Part shown: positions 36,765 to 46,293 of the stretch, one piece after another
How the letters are laid out: each line of letters begins with the position of its first letter
Numbering within the stretch: position 1 is the first letter of the stretch
Assembly (NCBI RefSeq): GCF_004010195.1
Contig: NW_025215301.1
Span: 4,144 to 50,436 of the forward strand
DNA length: 46,293 bases
Origin: Chiloscyllium plagiosum
Lineage: Eukaryota
Direction: 5' to 3'
The notes under the pieces: model-generated
Databases searched by the model: none
What the model was told of the DNA's origin: nothing
The model's input: the letters and a program-made list of their open reading frames with translations, nothing else
Made by a program: the position numbers and the translations under genes

Positions 36765-39071
36765 CGACATTTCGGGTGTAACCCTAATTCAGGACTCAGG
36801 GTGGGTTTTAGGGGAGCTGTGTGGTGAGGTGGGGATAGGTTGAGAAAGGTAGGTTGATGGGAGAGATGAATCGCGAATGATGTGAAATTGAGTAATTTTG
36901 GTGTGGGGAGGGGCAGCCGACAGGGATACTCCCTGTTGCCGCGACTGTTTACCTTGGTGCTTGAACCACTGCCAGAGACTGTCTGAAAAGACCCTGAAAT
37001 AACGGCACCAAAGGTGGGAGTTGGGGAAACAAAAATCACTCTCTATACGGACAATGTCCTACTGTTTTTAGCTAACCCCAAATAGTCCATACCCCGGCTA
37101 ATACAAAACATTAAATTATTCGGCAGCTTTTTGTGATACAGAATAAATTTTCCAATATCGGAAGTCCTGCCTGTGGGGGGATTGGTGGAGATACTGAAGC
37201 TGGAGGACGGAATGGAGTTTCCTTTTAGATGGTCACAGAAAAGTTTTCTCTATCTGGGAATTTTTATTAACCCTCACTTCCGGCAACTGTATGGAGCTAA
37301 CTTTGTGTCGCTGTTTGAGAGGGTAAAGCAGGACTTGCAGCGATGGGAGGGAATAACCAGATCATGGCTCGGCCGTATAGCCTTGATTAAAATGAATGTT
37401 GTTCCTTGGTTGTTATATCCTGTGAGGATGCTCCCTTTGTTCTTACCCAACCAGGTGCTGCGGAGGTTTGTGGGATGGCTTGGATAATTTATTTGGCGCT
37501 GTAGGCGCAACTTAATTAAATTTACCAAGTTGCAACTTCCACAGGATATGGGGGTGTGGTGGACCTCCCAGATCTGAAGAGATATCAAATCAGCACCCTG
37601 CTGCCATATGTAGATGAATGGGTGCGTAATGACTCAAAGTTGATGTGGCTTGAAGTAGAGGCCTCGCAGGCGAGGTGCCCCTTCAGAAGCTTACTGTTCA
37701 TGGATAAGATGAGATCGATAGGTGCGCATTGTGAAAGTCTGATTATCATAAATACGGTAAAGCATGGAGGATAATGCGGCAGGGTGGGGGCAATTTGCCG
37801 TTCACTCCGTTAGTGGGAGCCCCAGGATTTAGACTGGGATCAAAGGACTCCAGCTTCAGAGCATGGGAGCATAATGGAATCCCCTGTCTGGGAGATTTAT
37901 TTGAGGGAGAGATCTTAATGTCTTTTAGCCAATTAGGTCAGAAATACGGAATTCCCAAGAGGGACCTTTTCTGATATTTCCAGGTTAGGGATTACATGCA
38001 GAAGACTATGTTCTTGACCCAGCCCGACAAGTCGGATATAGAATGAAGAGTGCTCCGATGTGGGGGCAGTCTTTGTTAGTACCACATATCATCTGCAGAG
38101 AGGGAATGCCTTGGGGGACATGGAGAGAGTCAAGGAAATTTAGAATCAGGAGTAAGGGAAGAAATCTCATCGGAAAAGTGGGAGGATGTATGAGGAGATG
38201 TAAAGAAAATTTCAATCTGCGATAAGGCACAAGCGATGCAATTGAAGATCCTCCCCAGGGCCCAAATGGAGCCAGAGAGATTAGCAAAGTTTAAGAAAGT
38301 GTCTTCCCCGAAATGACCCAAATGTAAAAACAGTATTGACATCCTTACACATTGCTTTTGGTCCTGTTACAAGATCCACGGATCCTGGGGGGCCATTGTG
38401 AATGAGCTGGAGACAATCCTGGGAATGGAAGTTTGAGAGGATCTGGTCTCCCTCCTTTTGGGACGACCGAAACTTCCCTCTTTGGGTGAGCACGGGAAGA
38501 GGTTATTCAACATTCTTACACATTGTGTGAGGAAGGATATCCTAATGAAATGAATATCAGCAAAGACTCCAGGTCTTGCAGGGTGCCACAGACATGCGAT
38601 GGAGCACGTCCCACAAGATTACCTGACAGTATGGGGCACCACGGAATGGAGCAATTTTATAAGACATGGCGGCCCTTTCTAATTTACATCGACATGGATC
38701 TGTCGGCAGTACTGATTAGGGCCTTTATATAGGCACGAGGGCTGTATGTGGTGGTCTGGGGACCCCGGGGAGTTGGTGGGTTGGGGAGGGGGTGATCTCG
38801 TAAATACGGGTATAATCACTGTTGCTCCTGTGGACAGGAGCCTTGTTGGAGGGAGCGGCAAGTGGAGTCATGTAATATAGTACAATGTAGAGCAATTTAA
38901 TTTTAGTGGATTGTAATTAAATTTAATGTTATTTTATTTAATTTGAGTTTGTGCTGATTTGGTTTTAGTTAAGCAAATATGAGACAACCGTATCTTGAAC
39001 AATAGCCGGCGGTTTATTGACATTACTGTATTATAATATAATACTTTTTCAATAAATATTTACTAAAAAAA
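36765..39071 (+). mobile_element. L1-clade LINE, 5'-truncated, degenerate ORF2 with 3' UTR
   Basis: GSRQGYSLLPRLFTLVLEPL, ITLYTDNVLL (YADD region), YLGI, SWLGRIALIKMNVVP, C-terminal knuckle *PKC..LTHCFWSC, AATAAA 39051 and short A tail. Confidence 0.93.
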
Positions 39072-39169
39072 GAGGAACATTAGGGAAAATTAACAGTCAG
39101 AAGCACCATGCAATAGAAATGATCAGGAGTGGTGAGAAAGGAGGGAGAAAGAGAGATTCCTGTAGTATG

Positions 39170-39232
39170 GAGAGAGAGAGAGAGAGAGAGCGAGCGAGAG
39201 TGAGAGAGAGCAAGAGAGAATGAGTTCTGAAG

Positions 39233-39266
<34 letters not shown>
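39170..39266. repeat. Compound (GA)n microsatellite
   Basis: Direct observation. Confidence 0.9.
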
Positions 39267-39272
<6 letters not shown>

Positions 39273-39949
39273 AAGAAGTTCTGAATCAGTGCAAGTGATC
39301 TCAAAAGCTGCTCAAAGTTTGCAACTATTTCCTGAAAATGAATATCACAAATACAGTCCATTTACATGAATAAAAATCAATTGTCCTTTCTGAAATAATT
39401 TAAAACCAAAAAATAAAATCAAAACTTATCATAATGAAGTAAGTGCAAGTATTTTAAATCCTCAATACTTCTGCCTTCCACTTCAGTCCCATGCAGATAT
39501 AGTCCTCCTCACTCAGAGGGAGTATTCAGTGTCTGATATCAGCCATTGTTTCAACTCTCAGAGCTAGCATACACCAAACACATATCATTGCACCACTAGA
39601 TATACTTTTTAAAAAAGTAAATGTAGGTGTAAATACAAAAACAAAATTGAAAGTGCAAACTTCTTTGAATTCAAGTCTATGCTACAGTTTGGATAAATAA
39701 ATGGGTTCAGGTTGTATATAAATAGATAGGGAGAAAGATTGGCACTTCTGGTATCCACATCCTGCCAGTCGGCTGACGCCAGTAAGGATCGATATCCCAA
39801 ACCAGCTACTTATTGAAGAAATTCTATGCCAGATGTCAAAACTCAATCAGAGAGAGGAGTTCAGAGGCTGAGGTGGATTCTCTTCTGCTTGGGGCATGAG
39901 GTTTGGTTTCCTTCTGGAGTCCACAAGTTGGCCGATGGCATGGCCTGTG

Positions 39950-40112
39950 TTAGGGTAACATGAGTTTTAACTGTTGCCCGTGAATCTCATTCATTACACA
40001 TAATGGGTCTTTTATCAGAGCTTCAAAAATATCATCTGCCAACTGCATCTTCACACAAAGCTCAACCTCATCATAATTCACCCATTGGGCTTCCCCCTCA
40101 AAGCTCTTGAAC
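39950..40112 (-). pseudogene. CEP350: CEP350 last coding exon, frameshifted
   Basis: Acceptor ctctgtcttttatggcag; VQEL[-2]EGEAQWVNYDEVELCVKMQLADDIFEALIKDPLCVMNEIHGQQLKLMLP*, matching the remembered vertebrate CEP350 C-terminus; spliced frame hits TGA at codon 5. Confidence 0.9.
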
Positions 40113-42269
40113 CTGCCATAAAAGACAGAGGGGGTGTTATTGTTTTTATATCAAGATTTATTTGTTACAGCTCTTTCCTCTCGGACTGAGCAGCATTTGC
40201 CCTGAAATCACTCAGACTTCAGGCCTCCCACTTTCCTTGTGTCCAGTATCACACAAGTGGCCATTCCCACACAGCAGTGGAGCTTGGACAGGAGTTCTGG
40301 AGGGCTCACTGTGAGATCAATGGAGAGTCACGAGTTATTCTTGTACAAAACAATACCAAGGCTGGGAAGGTTAAGGACTGGCTACATAAATTAGGTCTGA
40401 TCTGAATATTTCCAGCAGTTTTTACTTTTATTTGATAAACGAGGCCTGCGTTCTCTTGAGTATTGATGACTAGGGGATGGATCGATAAAAGTGACTGAGA
40501 TGATTAAACAATTTGACAGCGAAGGAAGTGAGAAACTAATTCCTTTAGCGAGGCATGCCAGAAATAGGGAAAGGGGGTGATGTGAAGAAGCCTTTTATCA
40601 CACAAACAATACTAAAATAATCGGGTTCCCTCCGGCCTTAAAAACTATTGTGACTGTTACAGCATTTCAATACGAGCGTTGAGAGATATTTGTAAGGTCA
40701 AGTAACAGTTAGGGACAATTAGGAAATCAATATACAGAGTTAAGATACAAATCAGCTATGATTAGGAGTATGAGAACAGACTGAAGGGTGCTGCTGGCTT
40801 AATCCTGTTCCTACCTGGTTTTGAATTTGATTCCAATGCCACAAATCCTCAAACCAGTGAGATCAATCATCAATGTTGCCAGTAACATAACAAACGAGTG
40901 GAGATGTTTTACTCAGCACGCACAACCAGAAAGGAATATCCACCACAAGGAAAGAGCTGGTGAGTGTAACTGAATACATGTTGTAACTTTAGGCTGGCCC
41001 TCTGCCCTTGTGTAGCTGTGGCCTGATGGTATCACTACTTGAGCTGATGCGGAGCAGAGACTTTCAACCCTTGCCTAATGGACACACACTATCAGCTGGA
41101 AGTGTTTGATCCAAAGAGGGAAAAAAAGCAATGATATGATTTTTTTTGGCATATCCCAATTTTTAAAAACTTCAGTGTTGGGATGCATGCTGCCCCTCCC
41201 CATTTCTCCACGGAAAGATATTTTTCTTGAAGTGCTGCAGCCTGTGTGTTGAAGGTACTCCCACAGCACTGCAAACTCAGGGATTCCAGGAGATTAAACA
41301 TGTAAACATAAAAGGAAAGGTGATATCTGACCAAGTCAAGGTGGTGGTGTGGCCTGAAGATAACGGTGTTCTTACAGACCTGTTAAATTCATCAATCTGC
41401 TGACACATGTTGTGCTGTGACACACCAACACATGGGAAGGACTGGAAAGGTTTGCAAAAACTGTCTTCTAATTTTTCTATACTTTTGATTTTGGACTCAA
41501 ATGGGAATAAAGCAATTTTAAAACCCAAGGATTGTTCAGGGATTGCTGGCACTTCTCAGTAGCAAGTTCCCTGACATGCACTAAGTGCTACTCACACAGT
41601 TCAAGCAGTATTAGATGGCTTTCAGACAAGCTGCAGCCAAGGGCTGTGTTCAACGGGAGCTTCAGTCAATAGTAAGTAGCTAACTAGTCACTACGCCACA
41701 GACAAATATCCTTTGGACAATAACAGAGATTGGCTCCCAGGTAACTGATCAGCTGGGGCTGTATACAAGTGAATTGAGAAATCACCAGATCTCCACAAGT
41801 TAAGGATCTGTCTCTGCAGTAAAAAGCCTGAAGAAAACCAGCTTCTTTTCCCTTCAGCACTTACTGTAAGCTGTGGCTATTAATTAATAAGTTACAGACT
41901 TGTACACGTTTGAACTAGTCACCCTGTGCCTCCTAAAAACCAATGGAAGCATCTGGAGAAGGAAGATCAAGGAACAACATTCTGATCTGCACAAGGATTA
42001 TCTCAGGAAAAGCCATCAATAAGTAACATTGGAAGTACGTTCCCAGTCTTTCTCTTTATGCAAAACACCCAGTGCACTTTGTCCTTGTCTTTCTGTCTGT
42101 GTATGTGTAATGAGGAATGCATGTGGGAGGGGTTGTTAGTTTTAGTTAGGAGTTATATGCCAGTGGTTGGTAATTATTTGCATTTTTTTGTAACAAAATG
42201 TAACTCTTGTTAAGCAAAGAACCCCGACGTGTACTTACTGTAAAACTGGGTCTAAAAGACAGGGAAGTG

Positions 42270-42445
42270 AGGAACCAAAAGAGAAAATGCTGGAAAATCT
42301 CAGCAGGTCTGGCAGCATCTGTAAGAGAGAAAAGAGCTGACGTTTCAAGTCTCACTGACTCTTTTCTCTTCTTCCAGATGCTGCCAAACCCTCTGAGATT
42401 TTCCAGCATTTTATCTTTTGGTTTCCGATTCCTGCATCTGCAGTA
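42270..42445. mobile_element. Small Penelope-like inverted-repeat element
   Basis: aaaatgctggaaaatctcagcaggtctggcagcatctg and its near revcomp cagatgctgccaaaccctctgagattttccagcatttt. Confidence 0.65.
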
Positions 42446-42753
42446 ATTTGCTTTTATTAGGTAAGTAAGGAATTCAATGTACTTCTGAATTTCTTTGAAA
42501 CTTTTGTGGCAACTAATAAATAGCAGGTATTGAGTTTCAGCAAATTACTCCAGCGAGGGCCAAGTTTTCAATTCAGTCAGAAAGTTGAAGCATTTTCTGG
42601 ACAAATGCAGGATAGCCAGACAGGTAAGCCAAAGACAGATAAAGCCTTTGTCATTTGAAATAATAGAAAAATTCAGATGTACGATGAGGTGTTCATAATT
42701 GTGATGCAGTGGTACAATATAAAACTGAACAGTTCCTAAACTGAAGCACTTAC

Positions 42754-42995
42754 CAAAATATGGTCCACCCGATCACGTTGTTTGTTGCCAAATTTCTTCA
42801 ACTTCTGCCAAGCCGTCTTCTGATGTTGCTCTTTGTTCATTAGAAATGAAGATCTGTGGGTAGAAGCACAGGAGAAATGGCAGCTGTTGCACACACCCTA
42901 AATACAGACCAAACCAAAATTTCTTCAACTTCTGCCAAGCCGTCTTCTGATGTTGCTCTTTGTTCAACCCAAATAACTTCATTAGAAATGAAGAT
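42754..42995 (-). pseudogene. CEP350: CEP350 penultimate exon, partly tandem-duplicated and frameshifted
   Basis: IFISNEV/KLFGLNKEQHQKTAWQKLKKFGNKQRDRVDHIL then donor gtaagt; two acceptors (exon starts 42995 and 42853). Confidence 0.9.
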
Positions 42996-44094
42996 CTGTG
43001 GGTAGAAGCACAGGAGAAATGGCAGCTGTTGCACACACCCTAAATATAGACCAAACCACCCCCAATCCATTAGCCTTTCCTAAAACTGCTCAATGAAGAC
43101 TCTGATGCTTCGACCTTCTAATTCTTCCCCCATTCTGAATTATGTAAAATTGGGTGGAACTCAAAGCATGTTCAATGAAACAAAAATCTGCTAAATGCTT
43201 TAAAACTTAATTATAATTGAAATGAATAACAGTAGTGAGATCCAGAAGCACAGACAATACAACTTTAAGGTAACATGTGATGCTCCCAAATTTAGAGAAG
43301 GTTTGACATTTTCCCTTGCCTAAGACCTCGGCTGAGAAATGATTAATTATTCACTGATCAATTCACTGTATTTCATGGTTCAACACTTTGCCTACAGCAT
43401 CTTCGAAGAAGCCTCTGCTTCGTCAAATTCCAAAAATGTTCTGCCTTTAATCGACTGGAGGCAGCTAACTGAAGATCAGCGCTGTGGGAAGTCTCACAAT
43501 AAATATTGGGGCTGACATGGATTCATACAGCCCAACCAGCATTTCAAGAAGGTCAAATCATTCTCAATTTAACAGATGAGTGCTTCAAAGCTATATGACC
43601 TAGCCACTGACCACTCACATGGCTCCAGGCAGGAAGATTTTGATAGGTTTCTCGGCTAACACTGTCAAAGGCAAGTAACATGCCCAGAAATGTTGGTGTG
43701 TGAAAGAGCTCAGACTGAAGATACATTAGAGTTGAGTTATAAAGACAAAGCAAAGGAAATGAACAGTTCGAAATTTGCTCTGTGAATGAAAAGCTGATTT
43801 ACACATGCCCATTCTCAGTCCCTGGCAAAGTGCAACACTTCACAAACTGTGCTCAAAGGGAAGTCAGGCTAGACAATGAGCAGCTTGATGTTGACTTTAG
43901 ACCGTGGTAAAAAGTTCACATTGCAGTGTTGCAAGTCTGAGTTACTGGGAGGAGCCATCCAGTGTACACTTCAATGTCAGTGCCACAGTAAAATAGAAGT
44001 TGCATTGTTGTAATAGTAAAGAACTTGGTCTTCGTGCTGGACAATACTTTGTAACCAACGCTCAAGTCACCCACCTTAACCTCAAATAGTCAAA

Positions 44095-44470
44095 AACAAC
44101 TTGCAAATATATATCACTTTTCACACTTGTAGCATGTTGTTCCCAGCCTTTGAACTATAGCCACTCATTATAATATCGTCAAAAGCTGCAACAAACTTTC
44201 ACACAGCAAGTTCCCACAAATTAGAGAAATGGTTCAGTAAACGTTTAGCCATACAGACTCATGTAGGAGATTGACCAGGACCATGAGGGAGAACTCCACT
44301 CCTCTTCAAACTAGCACTAAAAATCTTTTTAAAAAACTCACCCAAGGGGGAAAATGGGGCCTCACTTTGAAAACAATACCTCAGTACTGCACCAGGACTG
44401 TCATCCAGGACTTCACTTCAGCATTTGCTTAAACCCCTCTGCTGACTGAGCCATGGCTAACACTCAGAGC
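44095..44470 (-). mobile_element. Degenerate Deu-domain SINE
   Basis: ttgaccaggaccatgagggagaactccactcctcttc and a single cctcagtactgcac unit. Confidence 0.55.
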
Positions 44471-44589
44471 TATTACATTGTGTCTCCAGTTAGGAGCAAA
44501 ATGAGGATCCTCGAGGATCACTGGGAAGATCAGAGTAAAATGGGATTCTTCAGTTCCTGACCTTCCTTCCATCAGAAGGTCAGAAGTGC

Positions 44590-46293
44590 AGATGATCGCA
44601 CAATATTCAGTACCATTCATAGACTGTTTCAGTATCTGAGGAGTTATGTTCAAAGACAACAAGATCTGGACAATATGTAGGTTTGGACTGGCAAGAGGCA
44701 AATAATATTCGCACCAAAACTGCCAGTCAATGACCATTTCCAGTAGGAGGCCTGTGACCAGTGGTGGCCCACAAGGATCGGTGCTGGGTTCACTGCTTTT
44801 CGTCATTTACATAAATGATTTGGATGTGAACATGAAACATAGTATGGTTAGTACGTTTGCAAATGACACCAAAATTGGAGATGCAGTGGACAGTGAAGAA
44901 GGTTCAGAATACAACAGGATGTTGATCAGATGGGCTGAGGAGTGGCAGATGAAGTTTAGTTTACATAAATGTGAGGTGCTGCATTTTGGAAAGGCAAATC
45001 AGGTCAGGACTTATACACTCAATGGTAAAGTCCTGGGGAGTGTTGCTGAGCAAAGAGACCTTGGAGTGCAGGTTCACAGTTCCTTGAAAGTGGAGTCACA
45101 AGTAAACAGGATAGTGAAGGCGGTGTTTGGTATGTTTGCCTTTATTGGTCAGAGCATTGAGTATAGGAGTTGGGAGGTCATGTTGCGGCTGAATAGGACA
45201 CTGATCAGGCATCTTTTAGAATACTCTGGGCAATTCTGGACAACCTGCTCTTGGAAGGATGTTGTGAATCTTGAAAGGATTATGCAAAGATTTGCAAGGG
45301 TGTTGCCAAGGTTGGGGGGTTTCTGATATAGGAAGAGGCTGAATTGGTTGGGGTTACTTTCCCTGGAGCATTGGAGGCTGAGGGACGACTGTGAAAAGAT
45401 TTATAAAATCATGAGGGGTACGGATAGGGTAAATAGTCAAGTCTTTTCCCTGATGAAGGCAAATCCAAAACTAGAGGGCAGAGGTGAGAGAGGAAACATT
45501 TAAAAGGTACGTAATGGGTAACTGTTTCATGCAGAGGGTGGTGTGTACATGGAATGAGCTGCCAGAGGAAGTGGAGGCGGCTGGCATAATGACGATATTT
45601 AAAAGGCATCTGGCGGCGTATATGAATAGGAAGGGTTTTAAGAGGGAAATGGACCAAATGCTGGCAAATGGGACTAGATTTTATCTCGGATAACTGGTCT
45701 GTATGGACAAGTAGAATCGAAGGGTCTGCTTCTGAGCTGTACATCTCTACAACCCTAAGAGACAATTTAACCAATGGCCCTTGAAATTCAATGGTGTTAC
45801 CATTACTGAATTTTCTGCAATGAACATCATGGGGGTTACCATGGACCAGAAACTCATCTGGACTCATTATATAAATACTGTAGGGTACAAGGGCTGGTCA
45901 GAGGCATGGAATACTGTGTTGTATAATGCACCTCCTGATTCTCCATAGCAAATCCACCGAGTACAAAGCACAAGTCAGGAGTCTGATGGAATATGCCCCA
46001 CTTGCCTGGATGAGTGCAGCTCCAGTAACACACAAAATGCTCATCACATCCAAGACAAAGCAGCCCACTTGATTGGCACCACATCCACAAGCAGCCATGC
46101 CCTCCACCACCCTCCACTCAGTAGCAGCAGTGTGTACAATCTACAAGACGCATTGCTGAAATTCAGAGATCTTCAGCCAGATCCTCCCAAATCTGTGACC
46201 ATTTAGATCAAGAAGGACAAGAGCAGCAGAGCGCCACCTGCAAGTTCCCCTCCAAGCCACCCATCATTCTGACTTCGAAAAATATCATTGTTT
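44590..46293 (+). mobile_element. Second-family LINE 3' RT region, split by a nested CR1
   Basis: QQDLDNM..WT.KRQIIFAPK before, and NIMGVTMDQKLIWTHYI..YKAQVRSLMEYAPLAWM after the CR1. Confidence 0.8.
44746..45755 (+). mobile_element. CR1 LINE, 5'-truncated, nested
   Basis: RPVTSGGPQGSVLGSLLFVIYINDLD..FANDTKIG; CR1 3' UTR ending gctgtacatctcta. Confidence 0.95.

Noticed and set aside
42176-42183. Ig octamer ATTTGCAT (also ATGCAAAT at 1880)
   Set aside because: Located in the CEP350 intron and in env; no V leader follows

Overview
Eukaryotic genomic DNA, almost certainly from a cartilaginous fish (shark). This is inferred from HE1-type and Deu-domain SINEs, shark-type CR1/Penelope repeats and an Ig light-chain C exon. 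I found no intact protein-coding gene. From left to right the window holds: (1) the 3' part of a defective class I (gamma-like) endogenous retrovirus, with gag end, UAG readthrough signal, protease, internally deleted pol, env, PPT and 3' LTR (1-3748); (2) a patchwork of locally duplicated and inverted blocks with two copies of an Ig light-chain (kappa/NS4-like) constant exon on the minus strand, one truncated (11679-11767) and one full length with a 1-bp frameshift (28217-28544), and no V/J/RSS that I could find; (3) many retroelements (CR1, a second LINE family, L1, Penelope-like elements carrying hammerhead ribozyme cores, SINEs, SINE-derived 33-bp minisatellites); (4) the last two exons of an intron-containing CEP350 pseudogene (39950-42995, minus strand), which the ORF track misses. 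Three assembly gaps are present. Family names come from my recollection of motifs, not from database searches, and repeat boundaries are approximate.
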